Source of the DNA: Stegostoma tigrinum
Taxonomy: Eukaryota
Assembly (NCBI RefSeq): GCF_030684315.1
Contig: NC_081367.1
Location: forward strand, 25,340,792-25,404,791
DNA length: 64,000 nucleotides
Direction of reading: 5' to 3'
The stretch's first letter is position 1. Each line of letters starts with the position of its first letter. Positions 1 to 12,100 of the stretch are shown piece by piece. The notes under the pieces are model-generated. The model did not search any database. It saw only the letters and a list, made by a program, of their open reading frames with translations, and was not told the origin of the DNA. A program made the position numbers and the translations under genes.

Positions 1-622
1 AACAACGGCTGTGATGGAATCTGCACGACTTGATAGGCATGCATGGAGAAGAACAATTAATAACAATGAAGAATCCACAATAACACTTGACTCTGGAGCC
101 CCCAAGGGTGCATCCTCAGCCCTTCTACTGTACTCCCTGGACACCTATGACTGTGTTACCATCTACAAGTTCACTGATGGCACCACCATAGTGGGATGGA
201 TATCTAACAACAATGAATCAAAATACAGAAGGGAGATAGAGGGCTTGATGACATGGCGCAAAGAAAACAATCCATCTTGCAAAACCAAAGAACTGATCAT
301 TGACTTCAGAAAGAAAGGAGGAGAACATGTCCCATCTACAACAATGGGACTGAGGTTGAGAGGGTGAACAGCATCAAGTTCCTTGGGGTGACAACAGTCA
401 ACAACCTATCCTGGTCTTCCCACATAAATGAGACAGTCAAGAAGGCACAACAATGTCTCTTCTTCTTCAAGCAGGTCAGGAAATTTGAAATGTCCCTCAC
501 AGTAGCACCATTTAAAGTAAACTGTCCAGATGCATAACGGCCTGGGATGGCAACTGCTCTGTCCAGCAATATAAGAAACTACAGAAGGTGGTGTGCACAG
601 CCCAGACCACTAGGGAAACCAA
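1..622 (+). mobile_element. Rex1/Babar-type LINE RT fragment, left part (interrupted by a Penelope insertion)
   Basis: Degenerate RT motifs GAPKG..LLYSLDTYDC..KFTDGTTIVG..ESKYRREI..KTKELIIDFRK, then KFLGV and KLQKVVCTAQT; frameshifted. Confidence 0.75.
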
Positions 623-2250
623 GGCCCTCCGCTTCTTCCTGTCCCGCAGGCCCGAACAATCCCCCTCCACCCACACCCTCATCCGCCTAGCCAAACTCGT
701 CCTCACCCACAACAACTTCTCTTTCGATTCCTCCCACTTCCTACAGAAAAAGTGGGTGGCCATGGGCACCGGCATGGGCCCCAGCTATGTCTGCCTCTTT
801 GTAGGATACGTGGAACAGTCCCTCTTCCGCACCTACACAGGCCCCAAACTCCACCTCTTCCTCCATTACATTGATTACTGTATCGGCGCCACCTCTTGCT
901 CCCCAGAGGTACTCGAACAGTTCATCCACTTCACCAACACCTTCCACCCCAACCTCAAGTTCACCTGGGCCATCTCCAACACATCCCTCACCTTCCGGGA
1001 CCTCTCAGTCTCCATCTCAGGTAACCAGCTAGAAACTGATGTCCATTTCAAGCCCACTGACTCCCACAGCTACCTAGAATACACCTCCTCCCACCCACCC
1101 TCCTGCAAAAATTCCATCCACTATTCCCAATTCCTCCGCCTCCACCGCATCTGCCCCCAGATGAGGCATTCTACTCCCGCACATCCCAGATGTCCACGTT
1201 CTTCAAGGACCACAACTTTCCCCCCGCAGTGGTCAAGAACGCCCTTGACAGCGTCTCCCGCATTTCCCGCAACACATCCCTCACACCCCGCAACCGCCCC
1301 CAGAGGATCCCCCTCATTCTCACATACCACCCCACCAATCTCTGGATACAACGCATCATCCTCTGACACTTCCGCCATCTACAATCCGACCACACCACCC
1401 AAGACATTTTTCCATCCCCACCCTTGTCTGTCTTCTGGAGAGACCACTCTCTCCACGACTCCCTTGTCCGCTCCACACTCCCCTCCAAACCCACCACACC
1501 CGGCACCTTCCCCTGCAACCACAGGAAGCGCTACACTTGCCCCCACACCTCCTCCCTCACACCTATCCCAGGCCCCAAGATGACCTTCCATATCAAGCAG
1601 ATGTTCACCTGCACATCTGCCAATGTGGTATATTGTATCCATTGTACCCGGTGTGGCTTCCTCTGCATTGGGGAAGCCAAGCGGAGGCTTGGGGACCGCT
1701 TTGCAGAACACCTCTGCTCGGTTCGCAACAAACAACTGCACCTCCCAGTCGCAAACCATTTTAACTCCCACTCCCATTCTTCAGACGACATGTCCATCAA
1801 GGGCCTCCTGCAGTGCCACAATGATGCCACCCGAAGGTTGCAGGAACAGCAACTCATATTCCGCTTGGGAACCCGCAGCCCAATGGTATCAATGTGGACT
1901 TCACAAGCTTCAAAATCTCCCCTTCTCCCACTGCATCCCAAAACCAGCCCAGCCTGTCTCTGCTTCCCTAACCTGTTCTTCCTCTCACCCCAAGTCGCAC
2001 CTCCATTTCCTACCTACCACCTCATTCTGCCTCCTTGACCTGTCCCTCTTCCCTGGACTGACCTATCCCCTCCCCTCTCTATCTTCTTTTCTCTCCATCT
2101 TCGGTCCGCCTCCCCCCTCTCCCTATTTATTCCAGTTCCCTCTCCCCATCCCCCTCTCTGATGGAGGGTCTGGGCCCAAAACATCAGCTTTTGTGCTCCC
2201 GAGATGCTGCTTGGCCTGCTGTGTTCATCCAGCTTCACACTTTGTTATCT
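623..2250 (+). mobile_element. Penelope-like retroelement, 5'-truncated: RT C-terminal half, GIY-YIG endonuclease and pseudo-LTR
   Basis: ORF 588-1583 has NNFSF..VAMGTGMGPSY..YIDY (catalytic YIDD mutated)..TDVHFKPTDSHSYL. ORF 1424-2038 has FTCTSANVVYCIHC..CIGE.KRRL.DRFAEH (GIY-YIG). A decayed hammerhead core lies at 2158-2185. Confidence 0.9.
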
Positions 2251-2600
2251 TCCATCCAAGGACTCTATTTACATCGCCCGCGACCAAGGAAAGATGGCTA
2301 ACATCATCAAAGATCCATCGCACCCTGATAATGACCTCCTATAACCTATTCCATCAGGCAGAAAAATACAGAAGCCTGAACACATGCACAAGCAAGTTCA
2401 GGAACAGCTCCTTTCTGGTTGTTGTCAGACTGTTGAATGGGGTCTAGCCTCAAATCATGTAACCTGCAATGTAACCTGTATGCCTCTCAGTCTTTCTGAT
2501 CTGTACATCTTTGCTGGCTGTGATCTGCCTGTACCACTCATAAACAAAGCTTTTCACTGCATTTCAGTATGCTTGACAATTAAATCAAAATCAAATCAAG
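2251..2600 (+). mobile_element. Rex1/Babar-type LINE 3' end, right part
   Basis: Resumes PSKDSIY..NIIKDPSHP..PSGRK..YRSLNTCTSKFRNS and ends in a short tandem tail (aaatca)n near 2580-2600. Confidence 0.7.
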
Positions 2601-4880
2601 AAACCTGAACCGTCCAGGTCAAGTACTTTTCATGATGTACACCATTCATTGGTCCAAACACATCATGCATTTCAGTCAAAACATTTTTTGCAGCTTGGTT
2701 CAAACCAACAACTTTTACCACTTTGAAGAATAAATAAGGGCAAGACTTGCAATAGCGACACCATCATATCAAGATCCTCTTCAAGTCACAGGCCATCCGA
2801 CTTGGATATGTACCATTCCTTCATCAAAATGTGGCACTCACCACCGTGCACCGCATGTGGACATCCTCACCAAACTGATGGCATTGCTTCAAGACCACCA
2901 GCTGGTCAGGCCATTTGCAAAGGGCAAGAAATTAAAACCATTGTCATAAAATCATATTCCCAGAATGACGTGTCTAAAGAGAAAACGGCCCAAGTTCCCA
3001 ACAGTGAAAGAGGTGAATTGCACATTAAAAGAAATCAATCGCCTGAAACAAAGTGGGTTTAGGTAGACCATCCCAGCGACTCAAATCGATGTTAACCAGG
3101 TGAAAAATTCACCAAACCCACGTGGCGGAGGGGTGGGGGTGTAATCGCCCTGTTAACGCCGACTTTAGCAAGTTTGAAATAGACGCACTACCTTCCAGCC
3201 AAATCGGCACCATGGCAACTTCAAAACAAAATGACATAACAAACTTGAATGGAACTGGCTGCGGAATTGAGCTTCAGTAAACAAAGCAGGGTGCCGCTTG
3301 AAAGAGGCTGCAGAGCAAGTTAAAAAATCAGGGCAGAATTCCTTACCAGTTTCCCCTGCTCCGGGCAGCTCGGTGGCCCAGCGATCGCTGTGCGACTCCA
3401 GCTGCTGCAGTCTCCTCTCCCCGAGGCCTCTGGAACCCAAAGCTTGCAGTTGTTCAGCGACTATTCCGCCTTCCCGAGCGTTTCTTGTCTTCATGTTAAA
3501 CAGTAGTTCCTGTCTCCCCTGCGCTCACACAGCGGGTGAAGTGAGTTTTGCAAACGGAACACTTTATGATAAAAGTCTTACTCGTACGTGTCTGGAGATT
3601 AATTTTGAATGTTATGTGCTCTCAGTAAGGTGCATCACCTGAACACCTGTTCCTTCCCACAATGAGCTGAGTAGCTGACGAATTCTAGTAACTGTCAAGT
3701 GAACAGACAGCTCTTTTCACCTTACAGGTACGGTCAGTGTGCACATCCGCGCTAAACTCAATGGGCCTCGTGTACCCCTTGTTTGTTGAATAGAGTGGAA
3801 TTTTCTACTTTTCGGAGTGTTTGACACTGAAAAAATTGAGGTTGGAGCATCTGGAATCGAGCAGTTTATTACTTAATAATTACTAATTTTCAAGATGAAG
3901 TATGAAGAGCTCACTCCAAGAATGCTAGATACAGTCTGTGTGAAAGTCTCGTTCACAGCATTTTCAAACGAATCTTTCTTGTGGCAAATTTAACTGATTT
4001 AGTTCTGTTCTGCATTCGTAATAATTACCCTGAGGTAAGAATTACTTCACCCGGTTTTTTTTTCAAATACCAGTATAAAAATTTATAACGGCAATTTCTT
4101 ACTAAAATGCGCTAAAGTGAACCCAACCAATAGGCTGTATATGAGTGGTAGAGTTTCTATTTTCTCTTTGTCCTTCCCAGATCATTTGTGTTGTGCATCG
4201 AAGTGACAATTTAATGATCAGTTTTTGTTGTTCCATGTACCAATGCTTCAGCATTTTGGAACTGCATATTACTTTCGAAAAGTACAACCAACGAGGAATG
4301 AAAGTAACGTTAGTTCAACGTAAGATTGAAGTACTCTCACGACAATCTAAGAGAACAGTCTGATCAGTACAAAACCACGGCAACTTTTGATACATATCTG
4401 TGTACGAGTCACTGACGAATTTTGCAGCTTGTGACGTTTCCCTGCCTTTTGTACCTAAAAATAGCAATAAAACGAAAATGCCATAACAAAAGTGTAAAGG
4501 AGAACAACGTCAATTAAAAGGATAAGCCTTCTTATTTAGGCTGCTACAGTGAATTCAAAAATATCTTCATGTTCTTGAACACAAACAAGCCAAGTACAAA
4601 ATTTAAACACAACCTCAAACTTGAAAGTCGTGTTCAGGAAGGTATAAAAGAAAAACGATGATGAATTCAACATATTTTAATTAAATATATATAAAACCAT
4701 TTCACTCTTCCTTGGCACTTGTTGCAGTAAATGCAACATCAGATCGATATCAGTTGCTTTTCGTTAATTAATTTCATTCAAGTTAATTGCATTGACATTA
4801 AACCATAGAACTGTACAACAGCGAAGGTTTTGTTTCATTTGAGAGTCATTGTTGAACACTTGTACAAATAGTCCGTTCAT

Positions 4881-4886
4881 TTTATT
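4881..4886 (-). terminator. Candidate SHOX2 polyadenylation signal (AATAAA)
   Basis: Plus-strand TTTATT about 950 nt past the stop codon in AT-rich UTR-like sequence; another lies at 3865-3870. Confidence 0.4.
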
Positions 4887-5838
4887 ATAAATAATCCTAG
4901 AAGGGCGCAGCATCTACGAACTGCAAAAACATCTTTGTTTTCAAGGTCTACCATGACGGTGGGGAAGAGCGGTATTACTCTGAGCAATATCCCTTCACAA
5001 TGGGCTCTTCAAATTCTGATCTTCATTGATTGAATCAAGGTTTCAATGAAACCAACACCTCATAGAAATACATCCCATAAACATCTATGTGAAATAAATT
5101 CCCACAACAGCACAAGAGACATATTTATGAATAAACACACTTCTATGAAATAAAAATTAAATACTGACAGTCTATCAGCCGTACACAATTTTAAACAAAA
5201 TAAACTTTGTTCGTGTATCAACATTGTTTTTTACAGAGGGCCGTACCTTATCTTATGGTTTAAACTACAAGAGTTCAGTACAGTAAGAATGTAGAATACA
5301 TAATTTATATCTTTTTGATCTAAAACAAATGGACATCTAGGTAGAATAGTTATAATTATCCATTACTTATGTTACTGGAAGAAGAAAATAGTACACATGA
5401 AAATCTAAAATGAGAACCGTTTAACTATTTTTCCTCTCCACACTTGTAAAAGCAATGGTTTGTTCCATCTAACATAAACCAAGTGCAATTCTGACTCAAA
5501 GGACATAAGCATCATTGAAAATAGTATAAATATACATGCAAGTGTAATTCTTCGTATTTCATTTGATTGTTCACTCTTGACTCTCATAAACGGTTCATGG
5601 CAGATTCGCGATCCATTTTCCATCTCTGAATAATTATTCCAATGGTTTATGGGAAGCAAAAGCATACGTCAGGAATTTCCATTATGCTAGAGGAGACCAG
5701 CCCCCGGGTGTATCAAGTAAAGTTGTGCTAAAATGGATTTGCAGAAAGCTCACTTCTGAACTTTTCCCAGCTGCGAGTCCTTCCTCCTTCGGAGGTTTTT
5801 GTTTCGAAAGATCTGTGTATTTGGAATCACTGTTCAGA

Positions 5839-6117
5839 TCACAGGCCTAGTGCTGCAGCGTGTTTTTTCGCTTTCAGTCTCAAGTCTGCAATGCTGGAGT
5901 TTTTACTGGTGGTTTTGGCTGCTGCTGCCGCTGCCACCACCGTGGCGGATTCTGCCAAGGTGGCAAGGGGCAAACCAAAGGGCGGTGGAGGGAACATCAT
6001 ATAGGGCGCATGTGCAGCCAGGTGCGGGTGGAGGTGGTGGTGCGCATGCGCCACGCTGTCCAACTGCAGCTGCGCCTGGACCTGAAAGGACAAGGGAGTC
6101 ATGTTGCAGTGATTCTC
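5839..6117 (-). CDS. SHOX2: SHOX2 last coding exon (OAR domain), with two acceptors giving exon starts at 6117 and 6081
   Basis: tag|[12 protein letters not shown], second cag|[42 protein letters not shown]...KKHAAALGL*; TGA at 5841-5839. Confidence 0.96.
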   Translation of the reverse strand, partial: ENHCNMTPLSFQVQAQLQLDSVAHAHHHLHPHLAAHAPYMMFPPPPFGLPLATLAESATVVAAAAAAKTTSKNSSIADLRLKAKKHAAALGL

Positions 6118-9100
6118 CTAAAACAGAATAAGGAGAGAACATTGTTACAAAGATACCCTGTCGTCAAAAAAAAGGAGACAGTGGTAACAAATCTTTAACT
6201 GATTAAAAAGCGAGAATGTTGTTGAATGGTGTTGGTGCATTCATCAATAGAGGAGAAGGACTAAAAGGGTTAAGCAGAGTTTGTCCAGTGCCTGCCTTCC
6301 AATGTGGCATCCAGCAAGCTGGGGGCACCGCGACAAACATTGTACAGATATCCAAGACTGTCTGGTTACTGGACTCTTATTGCTTGAAACCACAGAGTAA
6401 TACAAGAGTTTTAAACCATTGCTTCTGAGGAGACTGAAAAGGACAGTGAAAGTGGTTCATTGAATGCGGTATTTACCCCACAACTGGCGGTTCTACCACT
6501 TGAACACAGTCATCGAACGGACAATATAGTGGGGTCACGGGCTGTGGAAAACAGATTGTCTCACCAATGTACAGCAGTTAGACTCCATTGTTTCTAGGAA
6601 TGGTGAACACTTTGGCTCCGAAGTGATAAAGATGCCAGTCAGCCAAAGCACATTCCCTGGAAGCAACAAATTGTGTACTCCAAGGCGCGTCACCATGCAG
6701 ACAGCTCTAAACAAAAATGGAGAGTCCACAAAGTATAAAAGTGCCATTTGAAACAACACTTTTCCCCTCGCACATCATGACGAGGATCGCTGAAGTCAAT
6801 AAAGTATTTGAAAAGCATTTAGAAATCTCGATTGCAAAAGGGGTTGGATAGGAAAAAGACACAACACGGAATTTAGATTTTTGTTGGAGTGTTCATTACT
6901 TCGTTGAGAAAAAAAAATGCCTGGCATTTCGACCACTTTAGGGGCATCTCCCCACCCGCGTCCCCACGTCCCCTCCCTGCGCGGCCGATCCATTTCACTT
7001 TCTCCCCAACTCGTGCAATGGATAGCTCAGGGAATTAAAATGTGTTGAGTAATCACTTCACAAGACCTTAAGGGATGAGAGAATAACATTCTGAATTCAA
7101 CCAGCAAAATATCGAGGCAAGATAACACAATGAACAAAAAAAAGTATTGACAAAGTTTCAAGGCATAATCTGTAACTGTTGAGGAAGATCATTCAAAACA
7201 GGCCCTTTTGCCCAACAAGTCCACACCGCCCCTTGAAGCATCCCACCCAGACCCATCCCCCATAACCCACACACCCCTGAACACTACGGGCAATTTAGCA
7301 TGGCCAATCCACCTAGCCTGCACATCTTTGGACTGTGGGAGGAAACCGGAACACCAGGAGGAAACTCACGCAGACACAGGCACAACATGCAAACTCCACA
7401 CAGACAGTTGCCCGAGGCTGGAATCGAACCTGTGTCCCTGGCGCTGTGAGGCTGCAGTGCTAACCACTTCTTGAGCCCTAATGATGTAGAAATCTCCCAA
7501 ATCATATAAATGTCGGGTAGGGGTGTTACATCTGGATTTACTTCCGATTTGCATCAAGTAAGATGCATGCTGCTTGAAACACGTATTTGACTTACTGCTA
7601 TGCTGCAAAGTCAACGTAACCTGCAAAAACAGGTGCAGGTTCAAACGTGTAGAAGTCACCTGGTCGAAATCTCCCAGGGTTGCCATCGTAGGTGAAAACT
7701 GTTAACATTTCTGCCACCGTATTTAATAGAAGGCTAAAAGTTGTGCATGAAAATAAACAGGTTGATGCCTTTGGGAGATTAACTATGTTAATATGGTGAT
7801 ATTGGTGCACAGCAGAAATTCACTAAAGGTCTTTGGACAGCATATTCCCAACACGTCACCACTTCCATCTCGAAGGACAACAAATACGTGGGAACAACCC
7901 CTGCAAGTCCCCCTCCAAGCCACTCACTACTGACTCGGAAATACATATTTCCTTAAGTGTCCCTGGGTCAAAATCCTGGAATTTCCTCACTGAGGGCGTT
8001 GTGGGTCTACGTACACCAAATGGATTACAGCAGTTCAGGACGGCAGCTCACCACCACCGTCTCAACGGCAAACAGGGATTGGGCAATAGGTTCTGGCAAA
8101 GCCAGCGATGTGAACATCCTATGAATGAATTTAAAACTCAAATTGTCAATGAAGGATAAGAAGTAACACAGAAGTCGTATGTAAAATAGACAAATGTGTG
8201 CAAATGATTAAAATTCCGTTTCAATTGGTCAAGCATTTGCAAGTCTACACAAAGGGCAATTCTAAAATGTAATGTTCAAATCAACATCATGGACGAAAAT
8301 GCATAGGCAAAAAACGGGTTGTTCTGCGATAATTGTAGTCTCTTGAGCAGGATGGTAATCTCATAAATAAGGAATACAGTTTTGCTCGACAATTAGCGAA
8401 GAGTTCAGACATTTAAAAAAAACACTTCGTACTACACTGAGCATGTATCAGTATTGGCAGCTTTTACTGATAACATGGCATAACACGCCACATAACACGG
8501 ACAGTTAGGCGATAATGAAATACAACTCTTGGAAAATGGCGACTGAACCGAGAAAAAAATCCCCGAACAGATCGGAAAACATCATTGGTTTAGCTCCCTC
8601 TCGATGGTCAATGTTAATTTTGGGGGCGACGTGCAAAGGACAGGTATTGATACCATGTATACAGTATCAATATCGTGTTAGCGTTAATATGAACAGAAAT
8701 AATCAGAGGGTTAGATAGGGTGGATAGGGAGAGCCTTTTTCCTAGGATGGTGACGGCGAGCACGAGGGGGCATAGCTTTAAATTGAGGGGTGAAAGATAT
8801 AGGACAGATGTCAGAGGTAGTTTCTTTACTCAGAGAGTAGTAAGGGAATGGTACGCTTTGCCTGCAACGGTCGTAGATTCGCCAATTTTAGGTACATTTA
8901 AGTCGTCATTGGATAAGCATATGGACGTACATGAAATAGTGTAGGTTAGATGGGCTTGAGATCGGTATGACAGGTCGACACAACATCGAGGGCCGAAGGG
9001 CCTGTACTGTGCTGTAATGTTCTATGTCCTATGTAACCGCTCATAGAATAAGGGAAATGGTAGCTTTAAATAATTAGTCAAATTTTATTTCCAAATCAAG

Positions 9101-12100
9101 TTTCGTTAAAGCAGCGTTAAAAGATCGTGCATCTTCCCCAACAGAGATTGTACGCAATAAACTTTGCTGGACTTATACTTGCCTGTTGAAATGGCATTCT
9201 CAAGGCTCCCACATTAACGTATGGGGCCACTCGACAAGCTTCTAACTGACTGGTGGTACCAATGAGTACACCTGCAGTAGAAAAAGAAAGTTCAAATGTA
9301 AGGAAAAGTTCTCTCGTCACGGTCTGAAGCCACTAATCTTAATTTTTGTGGCTTCGGATACAACATTATACTGATGGAAAACATCATAATTCTGCTCAAA
9401 GTCCTGCTACACAGTGTATGCATAATCAAGGAATGAGTGAATAAGTGACTAATATTTACTATTTTTGTTCCAATATCCAATTCCACTCCCACACCGCAAT
9501 CCCTTTCCATATCCTGTCCTTTCGACCCAAAACACAGACTAAAAAGTTTGACTCTTTTATTGTTGGCTTGTAACCCTGGTCGAAGGCATAGCACGTTTAA
9601 GTTTTATATTACTGCATGTGGATTGCTATTAATAACGTTACCTCGCCGGATCTGTAATTTAACAAACATACCTTTATGAAGTTGATTCTCTTGTTTTCGA
9701 CATTTTGCTCTTCTGTTCTGAAACCATACCTATAGGGCAAAAACGAAGAAATTTAGTGGCAATGATTGGCAGTTGCATCTCAGATGTACGAGTTGGACTG
9801 TTCGAGCTGGCAACTATGCGATGCAATATCCCGTCGGACTTATTAATTATTAATGTGATTGACCTCGTTTATTTTAATTATCCGACCCTTGTATGCACAA
9901 TGCACGACAGCCTCTACGGAAAGAAACAATGGTGCAAACGACCGAAAACGTGCAGAATCTTGTTTTTTTCCCCCCTTTCTTTTTCCTAGTTCATGAGAAA
10001 ATTTGTTTTATGTCCCGTTTCATTTCTAACGTAGGTTGTCATCCCAGAAGAACTAGATATACTTTGATACCCAATACTAGCGATAATGGCCCTGACATTT
10101 GAGAATGAGCTCCATCCAATAAGATTCAGCTCATTAGCAGACTAAAATAAAAGTACTGTGTCTGTAAGCAAAATAAAAATGTTGTCCTGATACTAAAGGA
10201 TATCGATACCTGGTAGTTAGCATTATTCAAGGTTAATATATTTATCTATATATAATCGAATGTTTATTCCTTTGTTGATTTTTGCTAGGCACTATTATGC
10301 TCACAAGGACACAGATTAAAACCCATACAATAAATACCACATTAATATGTTAAGCTGCTTTGCAATTCTCAAATGAAAGTCTGGTGTTAAATTATGCATG
10401 TACGATTTCGAATCCTTTCTATCTGCAAGTACCATCACATGAAGAAGTTTTCTAGAATCGTACTCTAGCAGAAAAAAAACTTTGACGCGTTTTGGAACTG
10501 GGATACCAAATTTACTTTCGATCAACTTGAACTTCATCGTTTTTCATCTTCAAATCGCAATGCACCAAACAGATTATTTGTTTAATATACCGTTCAATTA
10601 AAAATAAGTATAATTTAACGTCTAAAAACTCAATCTTATGAAAACCTTTGATCTATCGTGTTCCAGTGATTCTTAAATACAATATTTTATTGACATGACA
10701 AAATGGCAAATAAATCATACTGTGGTACTAAAATGACCTTACAAAGCAGTTAGATGTAGCTCTGATTGTCTCTCCAATGATTACTGTATCAACATTCTAC
10801 CTCCATAAGATGTTTTCAGATTTTCAACGCGCACATTTGGGAGTAGGTTTTGTTAACAGAGAACCAATCAGGATTGCATTTAAAAGCGCATAGACAGTCA
10901 GCAAGATATAGTTCATCTTGGCAATGTATAAACCATTACTTTCCACCAACATGTAGAATGGTTTTCGACAATTGGAATAGGTAACAGATAGTTGTTGAAG
11001 ACGAATTATTGCAATGCTACAATAGTTATAGTGCATTTTGAAGTAATATTGTTTGAAATATGTAGTTTGCAACGCTGAATGTATAATAAATATTGAAGAC
11101 AGGAAGACTTTGTATAAAACTAATACACATTAATCAATATAGCATTCCATATAACAAAAAATAAACTCAGTTCAAATATTCGTCACAAAGACTGCTTAGG
11201 ATTTCTATTACTACACGGTGAAGTTTGTCCTCGCCTTTCTAATGCAATAATGCAAAGTCACCTATGCTGAGTACAAGTCAAACAGGAATTTGAAGAAAAA
11301 AAAATGTAATCTTATTGCGTACAGAGAAACCATAAGCAATCACAAAAATAAGTATCTCGCATCCCTCTCTCCCCACCCCTTCTACCCCCCACCCCCATGA
11401 TTCTTGACGCAGCAACCTTTTTCTTTTGCAGGTCTGTTTGATGGTTTTGAACGCTGGTCGATTTGTTCAGGTCAAGTTGCTGCTAAGTTTACCTCGTTAT
11501 CGTATTACAAGCTGGAAACCCCCCTAAGAATACTATACAGCTTGATGCAGATGGTACTGTAACAGAGGGCGCATGCTAGCAATTTCCCAATAGCAGCTGC
11601 AGCTGCCGCTGGCCTATCAACCACAACTTCTCGGAAACTTCCAGTAAATTAATTATCACTTCTTACGGCACAAACCTATTTAATTCATCACAGCGGCATA
11701 CAGTTTCAACATCTAAAGAATTATTTACGTAAACCATTTTATTCATAGGTTGAACCTGTTGTGTAGATGTTTTAAACTTGTTTCTTTTGACCTTATATCT
11801 GATTATATACAGAACTGAATTACTTCTAACAGAAGTGCAACCCACAATGTTAGCTTAAAAATAAATAATAAGATCACTCAGTAAATCAAAACGCTATGCT
11901 ATTTATTTTTACTATATGCGAGTGTACCAGATGTTTGTATCATGTTGTATATTTGCCTTACTTGCACTCTGGCTTCTGAGAGTCCCAGCCTCTGACTCAG
12001 CTCTTCTCTCATAAATGCATCCGGATAATGGGTTTCATCGAACAATCTTTCGAGCTCGTTTAGCTGCTCCAGTGTGAAGTTAGTCCGACTTCGCCGTTGT

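Noticed and set aside
588-2038. Penelope ORFs as an active or domesticated gene
   Set aside because: 5'-truncated, catalytic YIDD changed to YIDY, and frameshifts near 1160 and later.
5799-6198. Plus-strand ORFs overlapping the last SHOX2 exon
   Set aside because: Antisense shadows of a GC-rich coding exon.
7380-7470. SINE heads as tRNA genes (also ~47650-47720, 60256-60330, 63900-63972)
   Set aside because: A/B boxes are followed by a SINE body and LINE-like tail, with no complete cloverleaf.
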